A DNA stretch of 64,000 nucleotides from Spirulina sp. (GCA_044070495.1 JBIPSI010000012.1:32001-96000); one strand, 5' to 3'; counted from the stretch's first letter, positions 26,472-36,826 are shown. Notes: generated from the sequence alone by a model not told the origin. Program-made: numbers and translations.

Positions 26472-27371
26472 ATGTCTTTGCAGCAATCGCAGTCCTCTGT
26501 TACTGCGATATCAAATCGACTGACAGATGTCCTTGAACCCAACCCAACCCTACATAGCCATCACACAGGTTGGCGAAGTATTACGCTAGAGACTTTTGAT
26601 CTGGCGGCTGGAGAGACCTCTGAATATTGCTTGAAACATCACGTCGTGAGTATTCATACTGGGCCAGAAGCAGGGGTTCGCTTGAGGCGAATAACTGAAA
26701 ATCAGTGCGAGGAAGCAACATTATCATTAGGATCGGCGGCAATTTGTCCGACTCACCGTCCCCACTTTTTTGAGTTGAATGGTAATTCTAAAGCCCTCTG
26801 CCTGAATCTCAAGCCCGATCTGCTGCACTCCCATGCTACGGAACTGTTTGGTCGCGATCGCGTAGAGTTACTTCCCAAAATGGGCATTCAAGATGGCTTG
26901 ATTTACCAACTTGGCCTAGCCCTGCAGACAGATCTATGTAGGCAAGCTAATTCCGATCGCCTCTATGCTGAGGCCTTAGCAACGACGCTAGCACTCCATC
27001 TCTTAAGGCATTACTCCACCTTTGGCGATCGTTATCCTACCTGCAAAGGAAAACTGTCGCCGAAAAAGCTGAAGCTTGTCACTGACTATATCAACGACAA
27101 TTTAGCCAGGGAACTAAGTTTAAAAGAACTGGCTGTGATCACTCAATTGAGCCAGCATCATTTCTGCCGTACATTTAAGCGTTCTACTGGTCTAAGTCCC
27201 CATCAATATGTGATTCGACAACGGGTAGAACGCGCCAAACGATTGCTTAAGCAGGGTTCAATGCCCCTGGCAGACATTGCCATAAGCTGTGGCTTCAACC
27301 ATCAGAGTCATCTCCATCGCCATTTCAAGCGACTGACCGGGGTCACACCTCTAAACTGGCTAGATTCATGA
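26472..27371 (+). CDS. AraC-family transcriptional regulator
   Basis: C-terminal double HTH: LSLKELA...HFCRTFKRSTGLSPHQY...IAISCGFNHQSHLHRHFKRLTGVTP. Stop overlaps the next ATG (ATGA). Confidence 0.93.
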   Translation: MSLQQSQSSVTAISNRLTDVLEPNPTLHSHHTGWRSITLETFDLAAGETSEYCLKHHVVSIHTGPEAGVRLRRITENQCEEATLSLGSAAICPTHRPHFFELNGNSKALCLNLKPDLLHSHATELFGRDRVELLPKMGIQDGLIYQLGLALQTDLCRQANSDRLYAEALATTLALHLLRHYSTFGDRYPTCKGKLSPKKLKLVTDYINDNLARELSLKELAVITQLSQHHFCRTFKRSTGLSPHQYVIRQRVERAKRLLKQGSMPLADIAISCGFNHQSHLHRHFKRLTGVTPLNWLDS

Positions 27372-29515
27372 GGACTTACCCCTGCGTCCAACAACATAGT
27401 GAAGAAGACTGTGGTGCAGCCTGTCTCGCAACGATTGCCAAGCACTACGGGCGCACCCTCTCGATTAGCCGCATTCGTGAAGCCGTAGGCACTGGGCAAC
27501 TCGGCACCACCCTGCTAGGGCTCCGACGCGGGGCCGAAACCCTGGGCTTCGATGCCCGTCCGGTCAAAGCCTCTCCAGAACTGATTGACCAACTGGAATC
27601 AGCCCCACTGCCTGCCATCATCCACTGGAAGGGCTACCACTGGGTGGTGCTATACGGTCAACGGGGGAAACACTATGTCATCGCCGATCCAGGGGTGGGG
27701 GTGCGCTACCTGTCTCGCCGGGAGTTGACCGAAGCCTGGGGTAACGGCGTCATGCTGCTGCTGGTGCCCGATGAGTCACGTTTCTCCGCCCAACCCAACG
27801 ATCAGGTGAAAGGCTTCAGTCGCTTTTTGGGGCGGGTGTGGGCCTATCGTGGAATTCTGTCAGAGGCGCTGCTCCTCAATCTCGTCATCGGCCTGCTGGC
27901 CCTGGCCCTGCCCCTGGTGATTCAGATTCTCACCGATGACGTGTTGGTACGGCGCGATGCCGATTTGCTCACCACAGTGGCCTTAGGAGCCCTGGCGCTG
28001 ATCGGCTTCAGTAGCCTGCTGCAACTGATTCAGGGCAACTTGATCGCCCATTTTGCCCAGCGGCTAGAGCTGGGGTTAGTGCTCGACTTTGGGCGGCAAC
28101 TGCTGCGTCTACCGATGCACTATTACGAATCGCACCGCAGCGGCGAGATCGTCAGTCGTCTGCGCGATATTCGTGAGGTGAATTTCCTGGTGTCGCAGGT
28201 GGTGATTAGCCTACCCAGCGAGTTTTTTATTGCCCTGGTGTCGCTGGGGTTAATGGTGATCTATAGCTGGCAGCTCACCCTGGCGGCGCTGGCGATCGCC
28301 GTGCTGATGACTCTGCCCAGCCTGCTGTTTTTCCCGACGTTGCAGCGTAAAACCCGCGATGTGCTGGTCACCGAAGCCGAAAACCAGGGGATTTTGGTGG
28401 AAAACTTTAAGGGGGCTATGACCCTGAAAACCAGCCATGGTGCTCCCCAAGCCTGGGATGAGTTGCAGGGTCGCTTTGGCCGGTTAGCCAACGTCACCTT
28501 TCGCACCGTGCAGATTGCCATTTGGAACAGCTTCACCTCTAGCTTGGTGTCAGGGATGGGGGCGATCGCCATTCTCTGGTTTGGCGGCTGGTTGGTGATT
28601 CAGCAGCAACTCACCATTGGTCAACTGCTGGCGTTTAACGCTCTTTATCGCTACGTCACCGGTTTTGTGGGCACCGTCATTCGCTTTATCGATGAATTCG
28701 CCCGCGCCAAAACCGCCATGCAGCGCCTAGGCGATATCATCGATGCCCCGCCCGAAACCCCAGCCGATGCGGCTAAACCCTGGGTTGAGATTGCCGACGA
28801 TGGCGATATTACCTGTATTGATGTCACCTTCCACCATGCGGGCAGAGTAGACTTGCTGAAAGACTTTTCCCTGACGATTCCTGGCGGCAAAGTCACCGCT
28901 ATTATCGGCAAGTCAGGCTGTGGCAAAAGTACTCTGGCCAAGCTCATCGCCGGGCTCTACACACCTCATTCTGGCAACATCCGCTTTGATAAATATAACC
29001 AGAGTGACTTGGCTCTCGACTGCCTTCGCCAGCAAATTATTCTTGTCCCCCAAGAGCCTCACTTTTGGAGCCGTTCCATCTTTGAAAACTTTCGCCTCAG
29101 TTACCCCTATGCGAATTTTGAAGACATTATCACGGCCTGCGAAGTCACCGGAGCGGACGAATTCATTGGTCAATTGCCAGATAAGTACCAAACGGTGCTC
29201 GGTGAGTTTGGCGTTAATCTGTCGGGAGGACAGAAACAACGGCTGGCGATTGCCCGCGCTCTAATCACCAATCCTCCGATTCTGATTCTGGATGAATCAA
29301 CGGGCGCTCTCGACCCAGCCAGCGAAGCAGAGGTTCTAGAACAGGTGATTGCTCACCGTTACGGTAAAACCACCCTGATGATTAGCCACCGTCCTCAGGT
29401 AGTTCAAAGAGCAGATTGGATTATTTCTCTGGCATCTGGCCAACTTTTGTCGATGGGTACCTTAGCTGATCTTTGTAAACAGCCTGGAATCCATACTGAA
29501 TTTATCAGCCGCTAG
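27368..29515 (+). CDS. C39 peptidase-containing ABC exporter (PCAT; bacteriocin processing and secretion)
   Basis: QHSEEDCGAAC, HWKGYHWVV, IADP; TM domain; GKSGCGKST, LSGGQKQR, ILDES. Confidence 0.95.
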   Translation: MRTYPCVQQHSEEDCGAACLATIAKHYGRTLSISRIREAVGTGQLGTTLLGLRRGAETLGFDARPVKASPELIDQLESAPLPAIIHWKGYHWVVLYGQRGKHYVIADPGVGVRYLSRRELTEAWGNGVMLLLVPDESRFSAQPNDQVKGFSRFLGRVWAYRGILSEALLLNLVIGLLALALPLVIQILTDDVLVRRDADLLTTVALGALALIGFSSLLQLIQGNLIAHFAQRLELGLVLDFGRQLLRLPMHYYESHRSGEIVSRLRDIREVNFLVSQVVISLPSEFFIALVSLGLMVIYSWQLTLAALAIAVLMTLPSLLFFPTLQRKTRDVLVTEAENQGILVENFKGAMTLKTSHGAPQAWDELQGRFGRLANVTFRTVQIAIWNSFTSSLVSGMGAIAILWFGGWLVIQQQLTIGQLLAFNALYRYVTGFVGTVIRFIDEFARAKTAMQRLGDIIDAPPETPADAAKPWVEIADDGDITCIDVTFHHAGRVDLLKDFSLTIPGGKVTAIIGKSGCGKSTLAKLIAGLYTPHSGNIRFDKYNQSDLALDCLRQQIILVPQEPHFWSRSIFENFRLSYPYANFEDIITACEVTGADEFIGQLPDKYQTVLGEFGVNLSGGQKQRLAIARALITNPPILILDESTGALDPASEAEVLEQVIAHRYGKTTLMISHRPQVVQRADWIISLASGQLLSMGTLADLCKQPGIHTEFISR

Positions 29516-30143
29516 TCACGCTGTTCTGGTTTACTCTCCTAGTCGTTACAAGCTCCAATGCTCACCTAGCTGGTGGAACCATCAGTGATGGTGTGCAACG
29601 GTTTGTCGGTGAATCCTGCCAGACCTGTGTGATGGCATTTAGTAACTTGAACCAGGACAATGTTGATGCTGTCACAGGATGTGACTAAAAAGTGGATTAA
29701 TCTACGGCCTACTAGGCTCCTCTGGGGTGGGTAAAACAACGCTACTCAACAGCCTGATCGGCTACGACGGTTCAGTAGATCACAAACGTGCTCTTTTGCC
29801 ATGCTCCCGCCCTCACCCCCAACCCCTCTCCCACAAGGAGAGGGGAGCCGGAAAGTCTTGTGCAGAGCGTAACCCATGGGGGGCAAGGCTTTAGCGTTAC
29901 AGCGAGGCCTAACGCATCCTACCGGGATGACACGCCTGGTTGACTAACAAAACTGGCCAGAACCCAGATTGGTTCAAGGGTTAGGAGATCTGGGTTAAGG
30001 GTCAGGAGACCTGACCCCTACATTACCCAAATGCGGTAGGGGCGAGGTCTCCTCGTCCTTCCGGGGGTTGGACGAATTGGGAAACGGGGGCACGGGATGT
30101 GGATTTGGCACCCAACGCCCTCTCAGGGAATCCACAGCAGCCC

Positions 30144-31199
30144 TTAAACCAGGGCCGCTTCAGCCAAGACGGAACCCACCTGCTGTTGGTACAGCCGCTC
30201 ATACTGATCGACAATGGCCTCGGCGGAAAAATGGGCTTCGGCCCGCTGACGGCAGTGGTGGCGCTGGATGGATGGCAGTTGATTGATTGCCGCTACAGCC
30301 TCGTCAACGGAGTTCACCAAAAAGCCATCCACCCCAGGGCGGACAATTTCCGGGAGCGATCCGCGTGGGGTAGAAATCACCGGAGTGCCGCAGGCCAAGG
30401 CTTCTGCAAACACAATGCCGAAGGGTTCATCCCACTCGATGGGGACGATCATGGCAGCGGCTTGGCCCAAAAGGTCGTTTTTCTGGCGATCATCCACCGG
30501 GCCAACGTACTCAATGCCGTCTTGGCCGAGGTGGGGCGCAATCTGGGTTTGCCAGTAGGTCATGCCTTCCAGGGAATCGACCTGGTTACCCGCAATAATC
30601 AGCCGACGGTTTGCCCCTTTGGCGGCGGCAATGGCGTTGTGCGCCCCCTTAATGGGGTCTAACCGACTGAGAAAGACCAGCGGTGCATCGGCCTCAACCT
30701 GGGGTTGAAAGGTGAATTTTTCCAGCGTCACGCAGTTATGGATGGGGTGCCAGATGCCGCCCGCCCCCCGTCCCTGACGACAGATGTGTTCGCTGCATCC
30801 AGTGAAGGTGAGGCTGTCTCCCGCGAGTTTTGCGGCCCAGCGCACGGTACGTTCGGTGGGTTGGCGCTGGTAGGACATCACCTTGGGCAGATCCGTGGCC
30901 AGCAGCGGCAACAAATACTGCAACCGCGAAAAGCTATGCAGCACCTCCGGCTGAAATTGCCGCACCGCCCCCAGCAGCATGGCCGTATTGCGCACCGTAT
31001 CCAAGGCCGACTGAGAGCTCAGCCCTGGCCAGGGGTAAAAGGCATCCACGGCACAGGTGGAGTCGCGATGGGCCACCAAGCCCACCTCGTGGCCCCGTCG
31101 CCGCAAGCCCTCGATGAGCAAATCAATAATGCGTTCAATGCCCCCGTAGAGGGTGGGCGGTACGGGCAGTTCGGGGTCGGCGGTGAGAAGAATTTTCAT
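30144..31199 (-). CDS. GT4 glycosyltransferase
   Basis: VPPTLYGGIER, EPFGIVFAEALACGTPVI. The track's N-terminal extension is repeat-derived. Confidence 0.9.
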   Translation of the reverse strand: MKILLTADPELPVPPTLYGGIERIIDLLIEGLRRRGHEVGLVAHRDSTCAVDAFYPWPGLSSQSALDTVRNTAMLLGAVRQFQPEVLHSFSRLQYLLPLLATDLPKVMSYQRQPTERTVRWAAKLAGDSLTFTGCSEHICRQGRGAGGIWHPIHNCVTLEKFTFQPQVEADAPLVFLSRLDPIKGAHNAIAAAKGANRRLIIAGNQVDSLEGMTYWQTQIAPHLGQDGIEYVGPVDDRQKNDLLGQAAAMIVPIEWDEPFGIVFAEALACGTPVISTPRGSLPEIVRPGVDGFLVNSVDEAVAAINQLPSIQRHHCRQRAEAHFSAEAIVDQYERLYQQQVGSVLAEAALV

Positions 31200-31348
31200 G
31201 GCTGATGGGATAGGAGTAGGGAAAATCGGACTGCAATCTTTAAAAAAACTGCTTTTATCTGGCACGTTAGCCCTCACCCCCAGCCCCTCTCCCTATGGGA
31301 GAGGGGAGGTAGACAGCTTCAAAGTCCCTCTCCCGCTGGGAGAGGGAT

Positions 31349-32719
31349 TTAGGGTGAGGGCTGCCAGGGGCTAAGGCCACTGAACTGAACCCGGACTGAG
31401 GGTGAGTTGTAGGGTGGGCATTGCCCACCATCTGGAACCTCGGACAGGGCTTTTTCGGCGGCGGCTACCAGCGTTTGGCTTTCGAGTTCCCAGCAAAACT
31501 GGGTTTCGGCGGCGTGGCGGGCGGCGGCTTGGGCGGCTCTCAGTTGGGCAGGATGGCAGACCAGGTCTTCGATGGCGGCGGCGAGGGCGGTGACATCCTG
31601 GGCCGCTACCAGATGGCCAATATCGGGGAATTGCTGAAAAACCTCCCGCTGCCCTGCGGTGTCGGTGGCGATGACGGCTAACCCCGCCTGGAGATACTGA
31701 AACAGCTTGTTGGTGATCGTCAGGTTGCGGCTGGGGGGATGGGTTTGCTCTAGGGCGAGGCCGATGTCGTTTTCGGCAATGCGGGCGGGCAGTTCGTCGT
31801 TGGGTACGGTGGGATGAATATGAACCTGATCGGCCCAGCCCAGGGGGATGTGCTGGGCCAGCCAGATCTGGTTTTTGGGAGAACAGTGGCCCCGCAGATG
31901 CACCTCAACGCTCACCGTGAGATGGGAGAGGGCGGCAAACAAAAGTTCCAGTCCTCGGCCTGGGCCAATGGTTTGAGAAAACCAGTGCAGCCGCACCGCT
32001 TCACCCGTTCTCATCGGTAGGCCATGGTCTGAAGGCTTGGCTGGGGGCGGGGCTGACGTTTTTTCTGACGTTTCTTCTGGGGATAAGTCCTCTAAGGTGG
32101 GGGCCGACCTGGGGAAGACGTTGTAAACCACCGTCGGCGGCGTGACCTGATAATGGTTCGCCATCGCCGCCGCCATGGCCTGGGAGGTGGTCAGCCGATA
32201 GCGGCAGTGCTGCAACAGAAAGGCTTCTAGCTCGGCGATCCACCGGATAGGCCGCTGGTGATGGGCCGCTGGTAATAGATCCTGCGAAAACCAATCTTCA
32301 AAATCGACCCCCACGGCATAGCCCTGCTTCAGGAGTTGCTGGCCCACCCATAGCCCCGCCTCGGAGTGGACGATGGTGAGATCGGCACGGTGGGCCTGGG
32401 CAACTTTAAGCAGGCGAGGGGCACCATAGCCCAGCAGGGCCGGATGGTGGAAGCCCAATCCCTGGTAGAGCTTCCGAGCCGTTTTAGCCTGAAGACGAAC
32501 GCCAAAGCGGCTGGCTTGTCCGGGCCGAAAGTCTATAACCGGATCAAACGCCCAGGCTTGATCGGCCAACACCGCCCGGTCTCGCTGGGCCAGGGTTTCG
32601 TCAAACCAGAGGCCCGCCACCTTCACCTCATGGCCTGCGGCGGCGAGGGCAGTGGCTTCCTTTTGGGGGCGGGGAGCGGTGCAGAGGTGGCCGCCGATTA
32701 AAATCAGGATTCTTGCCAT
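31349..32719 (-). CDS. GT4-like glycosyltransferase
   Basis: MARILILIGGHLCTAPRPQKEA, WFSQTIGPGRGLE, TNKLFQYLQAG. ATG 32719 overlaps the end of the upstream GT2 gene. Confidence 0.85.
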   Translation of the reverse strand: MARILILIGGHLCTAPRPQKEATALAAAGHEVKVAGLWFDETLAQRDRAVLADQAWAFDPVIDFRPGQASRFGVRLQAKTARKLYQGLGFHHPALLGYGAPRLLKVAQAHRADLTIVHSEAGLWVGQQLLKQGYAVGVDFEDWFSQDLLPAAHHQRPIRWIAELEAFLLQHCRYRLTTSQAMAAAMANHYQVTPPTVVYNVFPRSAPTLEDLSPEETSEKTSAPPPAKPSDHGLPMRTGEAVRLHWFSQTIGPGRGLELLFAALSHLTVSVEVHLRGHCSPKNQIWLAQHIPLGWADQVHIHPTVPNDELPARIAENDIGLALEQTHPPSRNLTITNKLFQYLQAGLAVIATDTAGQREVFQQFPDIGHLVAAQDVTALAAAIEDLVCHPAQLRAAQAAARHAAETQFCWELESQTLVAAAEKALSEVPDGGQCPPYNSPSVRVQFSGLSPWQPSP

Positions 32720-33735
32720 TGGGGCGGCTCCTCTGGTAATGCTGGAGCAGATTCGGCGGCGGGCAACATCCGCCCTAGGGGGAGCCGACGATAGCCCCAC
32801 TGGTTGACAAAAAGCTGGGCATGGCGGGCCGCTTGCCACCCCACGACCCTGGCCGCCATCTGAAAGAGGGGGCCACCCATGGGCTTTTCGGTGGCCCCGC
32901 CCCAGCGGCGCACCTGCTTGGCGGCCAGGTTCCGCAGGGAGGGAACGTCGGGGAACACTTCGTAAATGAACCGCTGCATCAGGTTGGCGCAAACCTGCCG
33001 GGTGCGGGGGCTGTCTTCGGCGGCAAGCAAATATCGGCTCTGCAACGCCACCGCCCGATATTGAGAGGCCCAGGCTTCCGGGGTCTTGCGGCCACTGAGG
33101 CTGACGGCATGGCCGGATCGGTAGTAGCTGCGGGCTTCTTGGCAAAACCGCACCCCCTGGCTGGCGAGGATGACGCGGGCAAAGTATTCCCCATCGTCGT
33201 TCAAAGAAAGGGCCTCGTTCCAGGGGCCAGCGGCTTGAATGAGGGCGCGGGGCACCAGCCAGGCGGCGGGGTGCATCATCCAATGGCCCGACCAGGCGCA
33301 GACCAGCCAATCCACTGGGGCCATGTCTTGCCAGAGGGGTTCGGGGGTGAAGGTGGCCTCCTGGGGCTGGTGCCGAAACCTGGCCCAGGCCCCAGAAATT
33401 AGACAATCAGGATGATCCTGAATTAGGGCCATCTGCCGCTCAACTTTGTCCGGGGCCAGCAGGTCGTCGGCATCCAAAAACTGAATCACCTCTCCCTGGG
33501 CCGCTTCCAAGGCTCGGTTGCGGGCGGCGGCGGCCCCCTGGTTGGCCTGGGCGATAATCCGCAGATTCGGCCCATTAAACCGATGGGCGACGGTGAGGCT
33601 GTCATCGGTGGAGCCATCGTCCACCAGAATCACCTCCAGGTTGGGCCAGGTTTGGGCCAGGGCCGATTCCAGGGTCTCGGCCAGCCAGGGGGCGGCGTTG
33701 TGGCAGGGAATCAGGACAGAGACGAGCGGTTGCAT
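32704..33735 (-). CDS. GT2 glycosyltransferase
   Basis: VSVLIPCHN, VDDGSTD, NQGAAAARN, FLDADD. Confidence 0.93.
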   Translation of the reverse strand: MQPLVSVLIPCHNAAPWLAETLESALAQTWPNLEVILVDDGSTDDSLTVAHRFNGPNLRIIAQANQGAAAARNRALEAAQGEVIQFLDADDLLAPDKVERQMALIQDHPDCLISGAWARFRHQPQEATFTPEPLWQDMAPVDWLVCAWSGHWMMHPAAWLVPRALIQAAGPWNEALSLNDDGEYFARVILASQGVRFCQEARSYYRSGHAVSLSGRKTPEAWASQYRAVALQSRYLLAAEDSPRTRQVCANLMQRFIYEVFPDVPSLRNLAAKQVRRWGGATEKPMGGPLFQMAARVVGWQAARHAQLFVNQWGYRRLPLGRMLPAAESAPALPEEPPQWQES

Positions 33736-33792
33736 AGGTCTGTAGTTTTGGACAGCGATGTTAACGGTTAGCCGTAGCCGATTCGGATCTGG

Positions 33793-34644
33793 TTAACGAC
33801 TGGCCATGGCATTTCTCAAGGGCCTGATGGTGGCTTTTGCGCTTTGCACTAAGGATCTCAGTAGAACTCGCAAATGCTCGATAGGCTGCATTTTGTAAGG
33901 CTCATAAATACAGCCAAAGCCCCTCCAAAACACGCGATAGCCTAAACGCCCATTCACCATTTTTTCCATTTCATAGAGTAGTTCCCTGGGCCGACCGTGA
34001 AAAATTCTCACATCGCGGCAGAGCAAACCGCCGGGGTAGGGAGACAAGCTCCATTCATCCCCCAAAAAGGTAATTCTGAGCTGTTCCGTTTCATAGGCGG
34101 CATGGCGAAAGCTGCGCTGATCCCACTCTCGCCCCATGATCGATTCGTATTCCGAAAAATACTGTCGCCATTTCTCAAAGAAGTTAATCAAAGCAGGACT
34201 ACGACGCATGGCGATGACATTCGTCATCGGTTCTCTAAAGGCTGGAGAAACACCGGGAAGATCGTAATGGAAGCCTCCTAGGGCTGGAGGGACACCAATA
34301 TCAAAAACATCCAGGAGTTGGAACAGTTCGTCTAAGGGCGCAACAATGTAGGTATCGCTATCCAAAAAAACAAAACGGTCGTAGGGGCAGGCATCCATCG
34401 CTAATTTTGAGGCGACAGTGTTAGGCAGATGGTCTTGAATAATGACCTGATCAAAGACGGTATGATCCGTTGGGGCATTGGTGATCAGACATATCGGTTC
34501 TGGATGGAATCGGCGTAGGGATTCAGCCGATAGGGCCGCTTCGTCAACGTACTTTTTTCCGGTGGCAACGTAGACAAAACCCCGTGTTGGGTTAGCCTCA
34601 CTGGCGGAGTAATGGATGGATGTCGGCATGATGGGGTCTTCCAT
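33793..34644 (-). CDS. Nucleotide-diphospho-sugar transferase (GT-A fold)
   Basis: GFVYVATGKKY, PYDRFVFLDSDT (DxD), WDQRSFR. Confidence 0.75.
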   Translation of the reverse strand: MEDPIMPTSIHYSASEANPTRGFVYVATGKKYVDEAALSAESLRRFHPEPICLITNAPTDHTVFDQVIIQDHLPNTVASKLAMDACPYDRFVFLDSDTYIVAPLDELFQLLDVFDIGVPPALGGFHYDLPGVSPAFREPMTNVIAMRRSPALINFFEKWRQYFSEYESIMGREWDQRSFRHAAYETEQLRITFLGDEWSLSPYPGGLLCRDVRIFHGRPRELLYEMEKMVNGRLGYRVFWRGFGCIYEPYKMQPIEHLRVLLRSLVQSAKATIRPLRNAMASR

Positions 34645-34704
34645 TTTGGCGCGAAAGAATGAATAGAATCTGGAGCTAAATTTGGCTAAATAGGTATTAG
34701 CAAA

Positions 34705-35679
34705 CTATGGAATGATGTGTCGCCAGCCGTAGCGGAAATACCAGGGTTTGGATTCCGCTACATAGTGGTGCATCACCGATTGAGGATGCTGGGATTCTTG
34801 ACGATCTGGCAACAGCAGGTAGTCGGATTGAGGGGCAATCGCGCATTCCTTTCCAGACAGATACAGACAGCTCAACCCCTGGGTCACGTTGTAGTGGGCA
34901 CCTTCCTGTTCGAGAAAGGTCTGCAACCAGGCTTCAATCTGGTGCCAGTCCATGGCCTCACTCTGTAAGCCAAAAATGCCAATGTTCACTTTTTGCGGTA
35001 GTGGGCCTGGGGCCAGTTTTTGTAAAAGAGCTTCGGAATAGCCGTAGGCGTTTTTCACATCCACCATGTAGCAGGGTTTTTGGGGATGGGCCAGCCAGTC
35101 CAGCAAAAAATGGGGCGTCTGGAAGAACAGCATGTCGGAGTCGAGGAAAAGTTTCCATCCGGTTTCCCCGGCATGGAAGTCAATCAGTTTACGAATCAGG
35201 GGTTGTTTGAGGCGGTGGGATCGCAAACAGGGAAACGTTTCGGCAGGTAGTACCTGGTCTAAACGAGCCTCGACCCGATCCAGAGAAACAAGGTCTGCGT
35301 TGGGAAAGAGTCGCAGAATTTCAACCGTTTGTTCCGGTTGTAACGATCCATCATCGTAGATCACCGGACGCAGATTCACCGGGGAATGCCGCTGCATGGA
35401 GTAGGCGCAAAAACAGGTCTGGTACCAATATTTGCTCCCGGTCATGAAATAGAGGTCGTAGGTGGGGCGGTCGGCCACCATGGCCAAGGGCGGGAGCTGG
35501 CTGACGGCGGCTTCCATCTGCTGCCTGCCGCGATAGCTCAGATAACGGTTTAGGGGGCCACGTTGCCAGGTAGTTTTGACGAACCCTCGCGGGGCATAAA
35601 CCAGCCTGTAGACCAGTTTGCCCAATCCCAGGTGGCGGCCCAGGGTTTGCACAGGAGAAGGCGATGGTGAGAGAGTCAT
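34705..35679 (-). CDS. Putative GT-A fold glycosyltransferase
   Basis: YDDGSL, RKLIDFH, KLFLDSDMLFF, HHYVAESK. The track's N-terminus is REP-derived. Confidence 0.75.
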   Translation of the reverse strand: MTLSPSPSPVQTLGRHLGLGKLVYRLVYAPRGFVKTTWQRGPLNRYLSYRGRQQMEAAVSQLPPLAMVADRPTYDLYFMTGSKYWYQTCFCAYSMQRHSPVNLRPVIYDDGSLQPEQTVEILRLFPNADLVSLDRVEARLDQVLPAETFPCLRSHRLKQPLIRKLIDFHAGETGWKLFLDSDMLFFQTPHFLLDWLAHPQKPCYMVDVKNAYGYSEALLQKLAPGPLPQKVNIGIFGLQSEAMDWHQIEAWLQTFLEQEGAHYNVTQGLSCLYLSGKECAIAPQSDYLLLPDRQESQHPQSVMHHYVAESKPWYFRYGWRHIIP

Positions 35680-35864
35680 AGTAAAAGTCCGATGAGGGAT
35701 CGAGCCAAACAGGGAATCACAACGACCAGCCGTAGGGTGGGCACTGCCCACCAGCCATAGTCCAGTAGCCGTAGGGAGTAGGGTGGGCACTGCCCACCAG
35801 CATCGTTCAGGGACATTGACAGCCGTAGGGCACCGCCCACCAGCTATCGTTCAGTGAAAGCCCC

Positions 35865-36800
35865 CTAGGACAGTCGAGCTTGGCCCTCCAACAGACCACA
35901 GGCTCCTTGCCAGCGAATAGCGGCGGCGGTTCCCGTCCAGGGCCGTAGGGCCAGATAGCTTTTCAACTGGCGCAGGGGCAACGTCCAGGCCGGAATTTTG
36001 GGCCAGGGGCGCAGGCCGTGGAGATCCAACACCTGTACCCAGGAACGGCAAGAGGCCCGATTCATCCGCCGCAGATAATCGGCCTCCAGGCGGCGGGCGG
36101 CAATCAGATGGAGCAAGCTGAGCTGGGGAAAGTAGCCCACGGCCCAGCCCTGTTCCAGCAGGGTCAACATCATGTCGTTGTCTTCGCCGGAGGTGAGGCT
36201 GGCCCCCGTGCGTCCTAGGGCCAAGTGCCGAGCATCGGTCTCCAATGCCTGACAATACGCCTGCATCGCCGCTTTGCGAACCACCAAGCCAGCCCCGATG
36301 GGCGCAAAGGAGGGGTATTGTTTTGGCTCCGATGGCCCCCACTGGCAACGTTGCTCGGTATCCCCAAAATCCCTCAGCCCCATGGGAATCTGAATCTCCT
36401 GAAACCACTCGGCGGGGGGCCGCTCGAACTCAGGCAGGCATTTACCGCCCATGGCCCCCACCTGGGGATGGCGATCCAGAAGGGCGATCACCTGTTCGAG
36501 GTAGTTGGGCGACAGCACATTATCGTCATCCACAAACACCAGGGTGGGGGTTTGGGTTTCGCGAAAGGCCCGCTGTCGGGCGGCGGTCAGCCCCAGGGTG
36601 GTTTCGACGACCATCCGCGCCTGGGGGTGCCAATCCAGCGTCAGCCACGATGCAACGGGCACCGGGCTGGCGTTGTCGATTAGCAGTAGGTTCCAGGCGG
36701 CGGGGGTGAGGGTTTGTTGCTGGAGTGCGGCGATCACCCTGGTGAGGTAATCCTGACGGGGGTTGTGGGTGCAGATAATGACGGTGAGGGGTGGCGACAT
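35865..36800 (-). CDS. GT2 glycosyltransferase
   Basis: VIICTHNPR, IDNAS, FVDDDN, PIGAG, SGEDND. Confidence 0.9.
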   Translation of the reverse strand: MSPPLTVIICTHNPRQDYLTRVIAALQQQTLTPAAWNLLLIDNASPVPVASWLTLDWHPQARMVVETTLGLTAARQRAFRETQTPTLVFVDDDNVLSPNYLEQVIALLDRHPQVGAMGGKCLPEFERPPAEWFQEIQIPMGLRDFGDTEQRCQWGPSEPKQYPSFAPIGAGLVVRKAAMQAYCQALETDARHLALGRTGASLTSGEDNDMMLTLLEQGWAVGYFPQLSLLHLIAARRLEADYLRRMNRASCRSWVQVLDLHGLRPWPKIPAWTLPLRQLKSYLALRPWTGTAAAIRWQGACGLLEGQARLS

Positions 36801-36826
36801 GGGGAGAAGCCCTAAAGACCTTAGCT

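Noticed and set aside
19168..29515. Canonical cyanobactin or lanthipeptide cluster
   Set aside because: Only one PatA/G-type protease is present; no YcaO, PatF or LanM, no PatE-type LAELSEE leader or AYD follower; GG cores have at most one Cys.
29516..29700. Possible extra peptide gene at the right island edge (LAGG...CQTC frame)
   Set aside because: I found no start codon or leader upstream of the GG; it cannot be supported.
32720..33406. N-terminal extension of the 685-aa ORF
   Set aside because: It is an off-frame overlap with the GT2 gene 32704-33735.
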